Source of the DNA: Gammaproteobacteria bacterium
GTDB taxonomy: Bacteria; Pseudomonadota; Gammaproteobacteria; Steroidobacterales; Rariloculaceae
Direction of reading: 5' to 3'
Length of the DNA stretch: 64,000 nucleotides
Assembly (NCBI GenBank): GCA_035644475.1
Contig: DASQOL010000057.1
Span: 1,042 to 65,041, forward strand
Made by a program: the position numbers and the translations under genes
Shown here: one piece after another, positions 19,757 through 28,989 of the stretch
Layout of the letters: each line of letters opens with the position of its first letter
Numbering within the stretch: the stretch's first letter is position 1
Notes under the pieces: generated by a model
Seen by the model: the letters and a program-made list of their open reading frames with translations, nothing else
Told to the model about the DNA's origin: nothing
The model's database searches: none

Positions 19757-20371
19757 ATGATTCGGCTGCATTCGACCAAGGCTTCGATCAACGGCTACAA
19801 GGTCCGCCTGCTGCTCGCGCTGCTCGATCTGCCGTACGAGCTCGTGGAGCTCGACATGTATGCGGGCGAGCACAAGCGGGAGCCGTTCCTCACGCTGAAC
19901 CCGTTCGGCCAGATGCCGGCGCTCGCCGACGGCGACTACACGATCGCGGACTCGCACGCGTGCCTCGTATACGTCGCGCGCAAGTACGACGCCGCCAACC
20001 GGTGGTTGCCCGTCGACGCCGAGGGCGAGGCGAAGGTGGCGGAGTGGCTCTCGAAATCGGCCAACGAGGTGCACCAGGGCCCGTGGATGAAGCGCGCGAA
20101 GATCCGCCGCCCCGACGCGATCAAGCTTTCCGACGCCGAGATCGACGCGCGCTGCGACCACATCTTGAAGCTCATGGAGGCGCATTTCGCGCAGCGCGAC
20201 TGGCTCGCGCTCGGCAGGCCCACGATCGCCGACGTCTCGTGCTTCGGCCCGATCTCGATGCTCAAGGTCTCCGGCTACGACACCGACCGCTGGCCGGACG
20301 TCACGCGCTGGCTCGACCGCATCCGGGCGTTGCCGCTCGCCCACGACATCGACGGCAAGCCCTTCGCGTAG
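19757..20371 (+). CDS. Glutathione S-transferase
   Basis: An internal ATG at 19757 after GGGAGAG. The N-terminal thioredoxin-like motif is NPFGQMPAL.DGD..IADSHA.L.Y. Confidence 0.85.
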   Translation: MIRLHSTKASINGYKVRLLLALLDLPYELVELDMYAGEHKREPFLTLNPFGQMPALADGDYTIADSHACLVYVARKYDAANRWLPVDAEGEAKVAEWLSKSANEVHQGPWMKRAKIRRPDAIKLSDAEIDARCDHILKLMEAHFAQRDWLALGRPTIADVSCFGPISMLKVSGYDTDRWPDVTRWLDRIRALPLAHDIDGKPFA

Positions 20372-20390
20372 CGGCAAGCGCGGTCGGACC

Positions 20391-22091
20391 CTAGAAGGAC
20401 CCTTTGGTCTCGATGACGAGCTGCACCTTGTCGATCGACGGGTCGCCGTTCAGCGGGAACGCGAGGTCGACGTGCACGATCGAGCGGCCGCTCGCGCGCG
20501 GCGAGCTCAAGCGCAGCCCGATGCCGACGTCGTAGAGCGTGCCGAGAGGGTCCGCCGCGCGCGGGTCTTTACCCCAAACGCGGCCCGCGTCGAAGAACGC
20601 GGCGTAGCCCACGCGGAACAGGCGCCACGGGTACAAGTCCGTGTAGAACCGTTCCTCGACGTTCAAGATCGCGCGTCCCTCGCCGGCCTGATAGCGCAGC
20701 GGATAGCCGCGCAGCCCGTTGTCGCCGCCGAGTAGTACTTGATTCTCGGGGTCGAGCTCGTTGCTGGTGAGCGCTTCGAAGCTCACGGAGAAAAGATGCT
20801 TCTCGAGATTGCGCTGGTAGTAGCGCGCGCCGGCGTAGACGACCGTGTTCTTCAGGCCGTCGTCCTCGTCGCGTGTCCAGCCGCCGCTGTTGAAGAGCAG
20901 CAAACGGCCCGGTCCGCCCGGCTCCCAGCCCATCTGCGCGCTCGCGCGCAGCAGCGTGGCGTCACGATCCGAGCCGAAGCTCTGCTTCGCCAGTCCCAAG
21001 CTCAGCAGCAGGTTCAGGCCGAGCGAGACGTCCTCGGTGCGGCCCATGTCGTTGAGCTCGCTCATCTCGCGATAGTCGTCCTCGACCACTTGCAGGCCCA
21101 CCCACGGGTACACGAGCTCGCGGTCGCCCGGCAGCAGCAAGGGCTGTGGCTTGTCGGGCGTCGGCTGAAATCGATCCTCCTCGTGCGTCACGCCGAACAG
21201 CCAGCGGCGCGCGCGGCGATTCACGAGGCCTTGCGACAGGCCGCCCTGAATCGTGAGCGAGCGCCGGTCGTGCCGGAACTCGTCGACGACCTCGCCCAAG
21301 TCGTACATCGACTCCACGCGCTCGCTGTCGTTGACGCCGCCGCCGATCGACCAGCGCGTGTCGAAGGCGAAGAACGGCCGCTCCGCGTTGAGCGAGCGTC
21401 GATGACCGTCGCTCGCGTTCGAGATCATCGTGTTGAGGCGTACGCGGCTGCCGAACACGTTGCCGTCGTTGTAGCTGAGCAGCGTCTCGTCACGGTCGAC
21501 GTCGCTCGAGTACTTCACCGTGAGTCCCTTGCCCGTGCCGAACAGGTTCGCGTCCGAAAGTCCGATGGCGAACTCGTTCTCGCCGCCGCTGCGCGAGAAC
21601 TTGAGATCGGGCGCGAGCGTCCAGGAATCGCGGACGCGCACCTCGACCTCGACGCTGTTGGTCGCGGGGTCGTACGCGCGAGGCGCGAGCGCCGCGTCGG
21701 CGAGAAACCCGCGGGCGCGAAGCGCGCGCGCCGATTCGTCGAGCAGCCGGCCGTCGAACGTGTCGCCCACGTCGAACAACAGCATGTCGTCGATCACGCT
21801 CTCGTGCGTGCGGATGTGCACGCGATTCGCCCAGCGATAGAGCCGCTTGTTCTCGTCCGGCTTGCTCGGGTCGAAGACGTTGTCGACGATGATGGTGATC
21901 GCGCGGATCGTGGCGCCGCGGCGCTCGAGCTCTGCGCGTGCCGGCGGCGCCGGGTCGTCGGCCGCCGGCGGGGGCTCGCCGTCGTCGCGCGTCGGCACGG
22001 CCGGCTCGTCCTCGGCGAACGCCGGCGACGCCAGGAGCATCCAAGCTCCGAGCAAAGCGCGGCCGAGCCCCCCGGCGACCCTCGTTCTCAT
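20391..22091 (-). CDS. Omp85/BamA-family outer-membrane protein (POTRA + surface-antigen barrel)
   Basis: The ATG at 22091 gives the signal peptide MRTRVAGGLGRALLGAWMLLASPAFA. POTRA-like IRAITIIVDNVFD..., with a barrel ending LVIETKGSF. Confidence 0.8.
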   Translation of the reverse strand: MRTRVAGGLGRALLGAWMLLASPAFAEDEPAVPTRDDGEPPPAADDPAPPARAELERRGATIRAITIIVDNVFDPSKPDENKRLYRWANRVHIRTHESVIDDMLLFDVGDTFDGRLLDESARALRARGFLADAALAPRAYDPATNSVEVEVRVRDSWTLAPDLKFSRSGGENEFAIGLSDANLFGTGKGLTVKYSSDVDRDETLLSYNDGNVFGSRVRLNTMISNASDGHRRSLNAERPFFAFDTRWSIGGGVNDSERVESMYDLGEVVDEFRHDRRSLTIQGGLSQGLVNRRARRWLFGVTHEEDRFQPTPDKPQPLLLPGDRELVYPWVGLQVVEDDYREMSELNDMGRTEDVSLGLNLLLSLGLAKQSFGSDRDATLLRASAQMGWEPGGPGRLLLFNSGGWTRDEDDGLKNTVVYAGARYYQRNLEKHLFSVSFEALTSNELDPENQVLLGGDNGLRGYPLRYQAGEGRAILNVEERFYTDLYPWRLFRVGYAAFFDAGRVWGKDPRAADPLGTLYDVGIGLRLSSPRASGRSIVHVDLAFPLNGDPSIDKVQLVIETKGSF

Positions 22092-22133
22092 AGCGACGCA
22101 GACTAGTCCCGCCAAGACGTCCAAGTATGTGGC

Positions 22134-22844
22134 CTATCGCCCAATTGGGCTTGCGCGGGCCACCAGTTGCGTGAGCGCAACCGTCCGGCCGTCGGGGTCG
22201 ACGATGAGCCCTTTGTTGTAATGCCTAACGGTCATTCCCCGGGCCGCTTCGCGGAGCTCGCCGGCACGCAACCGAAAGTCGGGGCTGCGCGGCCCCGAGA
22301 CGTCCGCAGTCGTCTGAAGATGCTGCTCGCAAATCAGATGGCCACCGGGATTCAAGCGCGCGACCAAGTGGGGCAGCAAGGCGCGGTTGACGTAACGAAC
22401 CCAAACGATCAAATCGTAGTGGGGCGGCACGGCTCGCTCGGGCCTCTCATCGAAGTCGGCGCGGTCGAAGTCGGCGGGGCGCCAGTCGACCAGGAGCCCG
22501 CGTTCGACGGCGGCACGCCGGCCGCGGTCGAGAGCCACGGCGGAGATGTCTAGCGCGTCGACCGCGAAGCCCGCGGCCGCGAGGTAGAGCGCGTTGCGGC
22601 CCGCGCCGCACGCAACGTCGAGCGCGCGACGGCCAGGGATGGCGGAAGTGCCGCGAATGCAGGACGCATTTCGCGGCCGACCGCCAGGGATGGCGGAAGT
22701 GCCGCGAATGCAGGACGCATTTCGCGGCCGGCCGCGCGGGAGAAACGGCAGCCACGCCGCGAGCAGCGCGGTTGGGTGCGTGCGGCCTTCGTACGCGCCG
22801 CCGCGATAGCGCTCATCCCACTTGTCGCGCTCGGCGTCGCTCAA
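22134..22844 (-). CDS. Class I SAM-dependent methyltransferase (TehB-like) carrying an in-frame 2 x 17 aa repeat insertion
   Basis: TTG start 4 nt after the upstream stop. Motif I is ALDVACGAGRNALYLA. GRPRNASCIRGTSAIPG is duplicated immediately before motif I. Confidence 0.8.
   Translation of the reverse strand: MSDAERDKWDERYRGGAYEGRTHPTALLAAWLPFLPRGRPRNASCIRGTSAIPGGRPRNASCIRGTSAIPGRRALDVACGAGRNALYLAAAGFAVDALDISAVALDRGRRAAVERGLLVDWRPADFDRADFDERPERAVPPHYDLIVWVRYVNRALLPHLVARLNPGGHLICEQHLQTTADVSGPRSPDFRLRAGELREAARGMTVRHYNKGLIVDPDGRTVALTQLVARASPIGR
22630..22731. repeat. Family B structured repeat, 2 tandem units of 51 bp, inside the methyltransferase CDS
   Basis: Two near-identical 51-bp units (2 differences). 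Each holds the hairpins CCGCCA-GGGA-TGGCGG and CGCGAATGC-AGGAC-GCATTTCGCG. The same element occurs at 49098-49204. Confidence 0.9.
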
Positions 22845-22847
22845 TGA

Positions 22848-23966
22848 TCAGAGACGAATGACGATCTTGCCGAAAAACTCGCCCTTGTCCATCGCGTCGA
22901 ACGCGGCGCGCGCGTCGGCGAATTCGAACACCTTGTCGACCACCGGCTTGATCTTGTGCTTCGCGATGAATTCGTTCATCGCTTCGAAGTCGGCGCGCGA
23001 GCCGACGTAGATGCCGCTGACGGTGGCGTTGAGCCCCATGAGCGCTCCCACCGGCACGCTGCTCGCGAAGCCCGACAATCCGCCGATCACAGCAACGTGG
23101 CCCTCGTAGCCGAGCGCTTCGAGCGCCTTCGGTAGCGTGTCCTGGCCGCCGACCTCGAGCACCTGGTCCACGCCCTTGCCGCCGGTGAGCGTACGGACTT
23201 CCTTCTGCCAGTCGGGGTTGCTGCGGTAGTTCACCGTGCCGAACGCGCCGAGCTTCTTCGCGTGCTCGAGCTTCTCGTCGCTCGAGCTCGTAATAATCGC
23301 CTTTGCGCCGGCGGCAGCCGCTAGTTGCAGGCCGATGACCGACACGCCGCCCGTCCCCTCGAGCAGCACGAAATCCTTCGAATCGAGGTTGCCGCGCTTG
23401 AACAGCGCGTTCCACGCAGTGACGCCGGTACACGGCAACGTGGCGGCCTCTTCGTAGCTGAGATGCTTCGGGAATGCGACGAGCGCGGCGGCGTCGCTCA
23501 CCACGACCTCCGAAAGCATGCCGCCGGGATTGCCGCCGCGCGCGGACGCGAGCGCGTCGGCCGAGGGCGCCCCGTCGATCCAGCGCTCGAAGAAGATGCC
23601 GGCGACGCGGTCTCCGACCTTGAAGCGCGTGACGCCGTCGCCCACGGCGATGACCTCGCCCGCGCCGTCCGATAGCGGCACGCCGCCGGCGGTGCTCGAG
23701 CTCGGCCCATAGCGTCCCGCTTGCATGAGCAAATCGCGGCGATTGAGGGAGACCGCGTGCACGCGCACCGCGACCTGGCCGCGTGCGGGTGCGGGCCGCG
23801 GCACTTCGACGAGCGCGAGCTCGAGGCCGTTGGCGCCGCGCGCGAATTGCCACTGGCGGATCTTGTCGCCGTCCGCGGCGTGCGCGGCGCCCACGAGCAA
23901 CACCGCGAGCGCGGCCGCCCCGAGCAAACGTGACGTCGACGGCGGACGGGTGAGAACGAATCGCAT
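22848..23966 (-). CDS. Secreted MDR-superfamily NAD(P)-dependent dehydrogenase/quinone oxidoreductase
   Basis: The internal ATG at 23966 gives a signal peptide (LLGAAALAVLLVGAAHA). The Rossmann motif is LLEGTGGVSVIGLQLA. The rest of track ORF 22848..24692 is a shadow-frame extension. Confidence 0.85.
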   Translation of the reverse strand: MRFVLTRPPSTSRLLGAAALAVLLVGAAHAADGDKIRQWQFARGANGLELALVEVPRPAPARGQVAVRVHAVSLNRRDLLMQAGRYGPSSSTAGGVPLSDGAGEVIAVGDGVTRFKVGDRVAGIFFERWIDGAPSADALASARGGNPGGMLSEVVVSDAAALVAFPKHLSYEEAATLPCTGVTAWNALFKRGNLDSKDFVLLEGTGGVSVIGLQLAAAAGAKAIITSSSDEKLEHAKKLGAFGTVNYRSNPDWQKEVRTLTGGKGVDQVLEVGGQDTLPKALEALGYEGHVAVIGGLSGFASSVPVGALMGLNATVSGIYVGSRADFEAMNEFIAKHKIKPVVDKVFEFADARAAFDAMDKGEFFGKIVIRL

Positions 23967-23989
23967 GGTCCTAGTGCTCCTCGAAGTGC

Positions 23990-24532
23990 TCAGCCGCGGC
24001 TCTGTGCGCGGCGCTTGGTCTGCGCCCCGAGCTGCGACCAGTGCCACGGCTCGTAGCTGAAGCCGTAAACGTTGTTGCGGCCGTAGGGCATGGTGAAACC
24101 GAATCGCGCGCCGTGCCCGGTGAGCCACGCGAACGCAGCGGAGCTCTCGAAGTCCTCGCTGAGTGGGCGCGTGCCCGGAGTCGCGACGTCCACCGCGCGT
24201 CCCGTGTGGTGCTCGCTGAAGCCGGGCGCCGCGTTGACCTCGAGAATCCTCGCGATCTCGACTCCCTTGGAGAGCTTCCTGCGGATCAGGTCGGTCTGGT
24301 GGCGCACGCTGCGAAATCCCGACACGAGCAGGATCTCGACGCCGTCGGTGAATGCGGCCGATTTCATGCGCCGCCAATCGCGCGCCGTGTCGGGCGCGAG
24401 TTGCTGCATCCGGCCGACGATGTTCGCTTCGACGTCCTCGAGCTCGTGCGCTTCCGGGTGGGCGGGGCGGCGCGGGTTTCTGCCGTAGTCGATGGGGATG
24501 CCGAGGTCGGCGAACAGCTCCGAGTTGATCAT
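23990..24532 (-). CDS. D-alanyl-D-alanine carboxypeptidase family protein (peptidase M15B/VanY-like)
   Basis: 180 aa. SGFRS...Q, the SEHHTGRAVD zinc-site motif and EPWHW. Confidence 0.8.
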   Translation of the reverse strand: MINSELFADLGIPIDYGRNPRRPAHPEAHELEDVEANIVGRMQQLAPDTARDWRRMKSAAFTDGVEILLVSGFRSVRHQTDLIRRKLSKGVEIARILEVNAAPGFSEHHTGRAVDVATPGTRPLSEDFESSAAFAWLTGHGARFGFTMPYGRNNVYGFSYEPWHWSQLGAQTKRRAQSRG

Positions 24533-24709
24533 GAGGCCTCGCCCTTGTCGCTCTTCGTGTTCTCGCGCTCGTTCGCGAGCTGTTGAGTGTACTACCGATC
24601 CCGCTGCCGGGTCGTGGCTCGCTTGGCCGCGTTTGGCGTTGCGTGGCTATGGCCGCAGCCGTTGCGCGCGTCGTGCGGCGAAAGTGAGACACACCGCTAT
24701 GATGGGAAG

Positions 24710-25276
24710 ATGGGGGGACACGACCCGCGTAGCGACACGGAGCTCGTCGCGGCGTGCAATCTCGGGGACGCTGACGAGGCGACGCGGGCGTTCGAGGCGT
24801 TGTATCGGCGGCATCGGGAGTTCGTGCTGCGCGTCGCGCGGCGCTTTACCCGCGACCGCGAGCTTGCGCTCGACGTGTTGCAGGAGACGTTTGCGTATCT
24901 GCTGCGCAAGTTCCCGCCCGTGGGCGAGGGGCTCGTGCTCACGGCGCGCCTGCAGACGCTTCTCTATCCCGTCGCGAAGAATTGCGCGATCACGGCGCTG
25001 CGCAAGGCCCGCCGGTTTCCCGCCGATCCCGACATCACGGCCGACGATCTGCCGGCGCCCTCGAGCCTCGACACGGCGGAGCCTATCGATGCGGCGCTCG
25101 CGGCGCTGCCGCCGGAGCGGCGCGAGGTCTTGACGCTGCGCTTCGTCGACGACCTCTCGCTCGCCGAGATCGCGGCCGCGCTCGAGGTGCCGCTCGGCAC
25201 CGTGAAGTCGCGTTTGCACCTCGCGATCAAACAGCTGCGCGACGATCCGAAAATCAAAGACTTGTTTCCGCCGTGA
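24710..25276 (+). CDS. ECF-type RNA polymerase sigma-70 factor
   Basis: An internal ATG at 24710. Region 2 FEALYRRHREFVLRVARRF..ALDVLQETF. Region 4 VLTLRFVDDLSLAEIAAALEVPLGTVKSRLHLA. Confidence 0.85.
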   Translation: MGGHDPRSDTELVAACNLGDADEATRAFEALYRRHREFVLRVARRFTRDRELALDVLQETFAYLLRKFPPVGEGLVLTARLQTLLYPVAKNCAITALRKARRFPADPDITADDLPAPSSLDTAEPIDAALAALPPERREVLTLRFVDDLSLAEIAAALEVPLGTVKSRLHLAIKQLRDDPKIKDLFPP

Positions 25277-25319
25277 ACCTTTCGGACCTCTGCCGCGCTA
25301 TATGCCGTAGGAGCAGCGA

Positions 25320-25757
25320 ATGAGCGATCGAGACCACACCCACGACGACTCGGCCGACGGCCCCGCAGGCGATTTGCCGGCGGCGATCGTGGCGCGTCTC
25401 GCGCGCGCCGACAGTGCGTTGCCGATCGTGGCACCGCGCGGCGACGAGGCCGTGCTCGCGGCCGCGCGCGCGCAGTTCGCGAGCCGCGCCCCGCGCGCGG
25501 CCGCCCGGCGCTCGCGCTGGGCGGTGCCGCTCGGCGCCGCGGCCGCGGCGATTCTCGCGGCGCTCCTCGTAGTGCGGCCCTTCGACGTGCCGGGCTCGGC
25601 CGACGACGTCGACGGCTCCGGCCGCGTCGACATCCTCGACGCGTTCGCGCTCGCGCGCCTGCGCGCCGCGCGAGGCGACGCCGCGGCGACGCAAGAGCGC
25701 ATCGACGCGCTCGCGGAGCGCGTCGTCACCCTCGTTCCCTCGCGAGGCGCTCGATGA
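25320..25757 (+). CDS. Single-pass membrane protein with a periplasmic dockerin/EF-hand-like motif (anti-sigma factor by position only)
   Basis: 145 aa. TM segment WAVPLGAAAAAILAALLVV. DVDGSGRVDILDAFALARL matches the dockerin Ca-binding repeat pattern. No zf-HC2 motif is present. Confidence 0.6.
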   Translation: MSDRDHTHDDSADGPAGDLPAAIVARLARADSALPIVAPRGDEAVLAAARAQFASRAPRAAARRSRWAVPLGAAAAAILAALLVVRPFDVPGSADDVDGSGRVDILDAFALARLRAARGDAAATQERIDALAERVVTLVPSRGAR

Positions 25758-26221
25758 GCGCGCGGCGCGCGTTGCTCGCTGCGGTCGGGGCGCTCGCGCT
25801 GCTCGTCGCCGGCGCGCTCGTCGCTCAGCAGATCGAACAACAGAGGGGCCGCTTCGCGACCGTGGACGTCTATGTCGACAGCCCCGAGCCGCTCGCCGCG
25901 TGGCAATTCGAGCTCGGCGAGCGCCGCGGCACGATGCAGGTCGTCGGCATCGAGGGCGGCGAGAACGCGAGCTTCGGCGATCCGCCGTACTACGACCGCG
26001 CCGCGGTCGAGCGCGCGGCGGCAGATCGCATCATCGTCGCCGATTTCAGCCTGAGCCCACCCGAGAGTCTGCCGGTCGGACGCACGCGCGTCGCGACCGT
26101 GCACGTGCGGCTCACGGGCGGCGCCGCGCCGGACTACGACGCGCGTCTCGTCGCCGCGGGAGCGGCCGACGGACGACCGATCGACGCCAAGATCAGTCTC
26201 GATATGCGAAACGGGAGATAG
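25754..26221 (+). CDS. Small exported beta-rich protein, cohesin-like (unverified)
   Basis: ATGA overlap with the upstream gene. Signal or anchor LLAAVGALALLVAGALVA. VDVYVDSPEPLAAWQFELGERRGTMQVVGIEGGE resembles the start of cohesin domains. Confidence 0.55.
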   Translation: MSARRALLAAVGALALLVAGALVAQQIEQQRGRFATVDVYVDSPEPLAAWQFELGERRGTMQVVGIEGGENASFGDPPYYDRAAVERAAADRIIVADFSLSPPESLPVGRTRVATVHVRLTGGAAPDYDARLVAAGAADGRPIDAKISLDMRNGR

Positions 26222-26223
26222 CA

Positions 26224-28569
26224 ATGCCGTGGGAACACCGAGCGGTTTTCGGAGCGGTCCGGTTGCGGGGCGGCTCGTTGTCGCGCATCGCGCTGGCGGT
26301 AGCGATTCTGGGATTGAGCGTCGCGGCGATCGTGATCGCGAGCTGCTCGTTGGCGCCGCCGGTCGACGACGGCGGCAACGGCGCCGGCGGCAGCGAGGGC
26401 GCGGAAGAAGGCGGCGCAACCGGCACCGACGAGATCGTCATAACCGGTAATCGCATCGGACGCCAGCCGTACAAAGCGAACAATCCGATCGTCACGGTGC
26501 CGGCAGAAGCCACCCCTCCTGCGGCGACTGCTTCGGCGCAGGCGGGAACGTTGTCGTCGTCCCATCTTTTCGGGGCGGCCCCCGAGAAGGCGTCGCAGAG
26601 GGGCCGGTTGAGCTCCGCGGCCGGCGACTCGCCGCTCGCGCGTGCGGAGCCGGGCGAGGAGCTCTGGATCATCGAGACCGGGCGCGCCGTTGCCGAGCCG
26701 GACGCCGACGACAGCTCGCCGGGCTCCGGCACGCTGCTCGCGCTCGTCGCGCCCGCGCCGCAGCAGGAACCGAAGGAAGTCCCGCTGCCGCTCAAGCACA
26801 CCGATGTTCGCGCGGTCGTGACCGGGTACATCGGCACCGTCGACGTCACGCAGCAGTTCACGAACCCGTACGACGAGAAAATTGAGGCGGTCTATCTGTT
26901 CCCGCTGCCGGAGAAGGCCGCGGTGAGCGAGTTCGTGATGGCGATCGGCGAGCGCAAGATCCGCGGGATCCTGCGCGAGAAGGCGGAGGCCGAGCGGATC
27001 TACGTCGACGCGCGCGTGCAGGGCTATCAAGCGAGCTTGCTGGTTCAACGCCGGCCGAACGTGTTCGAGCAGAAGGTCGCGAACATCGAGCCCGGCAAGG
27101 AGATCGACGTCAGCATCCGCTACTTCCATACGCTCGCGTACCAAGACGGGTCGTACTCGTTCGTGTTTCCGACGGTGGTGGGGCCGCGCTACAACCCGAT
27201 CGGAACGCCGGACCCCATCACCGCGGTGCCGCGCGAGATCGTCGCCGGGCCCGCGGGGGGCACGGCCGTCCGCTACCTGCGGCCGAACGAGCGCTCCGCG
27301 CACGACATCAGCATTGCGGTGGACGTCGACGCGGGGGTCGCAATCGAGTCGCTCGACGCGAGCATGCCCATCCAAACGGTGCGCAGCGGCGAGAGCAAGG
27401 CGCACGTCGAGCTCGCGGGCGGTGCGACGATCCCGAATCGCGACTTCGTGCTCAACTTCCGCGTCGCCGGCGACACCGTGAAGTCGAACCTCATGACCTA
27501 CGTCGACCCGAAGACGCAGGAGGGCTACTTCACGCTGATGCTCTATCCGCCGGCCGCGCTCGAGCGGCTCGAGCGCCGGCCGATCGAGATGGTGTTCGTG
27601 CTCGACACGTCCGGATCGATGGCGGGACGCCCGCTCGAGCAGGCGACCGCTGCGGTGGAGCAGGCGCTCGACCACCTCGCGCCCACCGACACGTTCCAGA
27701 TCCTGAATTTCTTCGACAACGTGAGCCAGCTCGGCCCGCAGCCCGTGCGGGCCACTCCCGCGAACATCGACCGTGGCCGCAAATACCTGCACGCGCTCGT
27801 CGGCGCCGGCGGCACCGAGATGATCAACGGCATCCGCGCGGCGCTCGGGTTCGCGCACGATCCGGAGCGGCCGCGCTACGTCACGTTCTTGACCGACGGC
27901 TACATCGGCAACGAGGTGCAGATCTTGGGCGAGGTGCACCGCTCGATCGGCGCGACGCGGATCTTCAGCTTCGGCGTCGGCAACGCGGTGAACCGCTATC
28001 TGCTCGACGGGCTCGCGACCGAAGGCCGTGGCGCCGCCGCGTACTTGGCGCTCGAAGATTCGGCCGCCGACGTCATGCAATTCTTCTTCGACCGGATCAG
28101 CCATCCGGCGCTCACCGACGTCGCGATCGACTGGCACGGCTTGCGCGTGCACGACGTGTACCCCGCACGGCTCCCGGACCTGTTCGTCGGCAGACCCGTC
28201 GTCGTGACGGGCCGCTACTCGGGCGCGACCGACGGCGTTGTCGTGCGCGGTAAAGCGGCGACGGCGAACGTCGAGTACCGGCTCGCGGCGGACGCGGCGC
28301 CGAAAGGTGGCGCGATCCGTAATCTCTGGGCGCGCCTCAAGATCGAGGACCTGTCGCGGAGTCAGATCGCAGGTTCGACGCCGCGGCCCGACCTCGCCGG
28401 CGCGATCCGCACGACCGCGCTCGAGTACGGCTTGATGTCGGCCTACACGTCGTTCGTCGCGGTCGACGCGAGCGAGCGCACGGCCGGCGAGCGCGGCACC
28501 ACGGTCAATCAAGCCGTGCCGGTGCCGAGCGGTGTGCGTTACGACACGACGGTCGTCTCGGAGCGCTGA
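26224..28569 (+). CDS. VIT + von Willebrand factor A domain lipoprotein
   Basis: An in-frame ATG at 26224, 2 nt after the upstream stop. Lipobox IASC and a long disordered linker. VIT (VTGYIGTVDVTQQFTNPYDEKIEAVYLFPLP). vWA MIDAS motif (VFVLDTSGSM). Confidence 0.85.
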   Translation: MPWEHRAVFGAVRLRGGSLSRIALAVAILGLSVAAIVIASCSLAPPVDDGGNGAGGSEGAEEGGATGTDEIVITGNRIGRQPYKANNPIVTVPAEATPPAATASAQAGTLSSSHLFGAAPEKASQRGRLSSAAGDSPLARAEPGEELWIIETGRAVAEPDADDSSPGSGTLLALVAPAPQQEPKEVPLPLKHTDVRAVVTGYIGTVDVTQQFTNPYDEKIEAVYLFPLPEKAAVSEFVMAIGERKIRGILREKAEAERIYVDARVQGYQASLLVQRRPNVFEQKVANIEPGKEIDVSIRYFHTLAYQDGSYSFVFPTVVGPRYNPIGTPDPITAVPREIVAGPAGGTAVRYLRPNERSAHDISIAVDVDAGVAIESLDASMPIQTVRSGESKAHVELAGGATIPNRDFVLNFRVAGDTVKSNLMTYVDPKTQEGYFTLMLYPPAALERLERRPIEMVFVLDTSGSMAGRPLEQATAAVEQALDHLAPTDTFQILNFFDNVSQLGPQPVRATPANIDRGRKYLHALVGAGGTEMINGIRAALGFAHDPERPRYVTFLTDGYIGNEVQILGEVHRSIGATRIFSFGVGNAVNRYLLDGLATEGRGAAAYLALEDSAADVMQFFFDRISHPALTDVAIDWHGLRVHDVYPARLPDLFVGRPVVVTGRYSGATDGVVVRGKAATANVEYRLAADAAPKGGAIRNLWARLKIEDLSRSQIAGSTPRPDLAGAIRTTALEYGLMSAYTSFVAVDASERTAGERGTTVNQAVPVPSGVRYDTTVVSER

Positions 28570-28603
28570 GCGTGCTCGCGATGTCACCACGGAGGTCGTT
28601 CCG

Positions 28604-28989
28604 ATGATCGATAGACGCGCTGCCGTCGCCGGCATCCTCGCCGCCTGGCTCTCGGCCTGTAGCTCGACGTCGGCGCCATGAGCCGCCTGTTTCTGCCCAC
28701 CAGCAACGAAAGCGCCAAGAGCTTGCGAACCGCTGCGGCGCAACTGCGAGGGGACGTCTTGTTGATCTACACGATCGATACGCGCTTCCACGCCGAGAGC
28801 AAGCCCGTGGGGCCGATGCAGGTCGTGACGCTCGGGTTCCTGAAGAAGAACAAAGCCAACGTCACGGCGACGTGCGCGGCCGCGCTCGTCGACGTGCGTA
28901 CGGGCTTCGTGTTCGGCACCGTCGAGGGGACCGCGACGGAAACGCAACGGTCGAACGCGTGGAGGGGTTCCGGCCGCCTACTTCAATAG
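28604..28989 (+). pseudogene. Lipoprotein gene split between two frames (frameshift or sequencing error)
   Basis: GGAGG then an ATG at 28604 encode MIDRRAAVAGILAAWLSAC SSTSAP and stop at 28679-28681. ORF 28678..28989 continues in another frame with no signal peptide of its own. Confidence 0.45.

Noticed and set aside
22848-24692. The 614-aa ORF suggesting a large fusion protein, and similar long N-terminal extensions (25900..28569, 47093..49081, 49116..50090, 36394..37617, 37089..38312, 39144..40217).
   Set aside because: The upstream parts are low-complexity and overlap neighbouring genes. Internal starts give proper signal peptides, SD sequences or family-typical N-termini.
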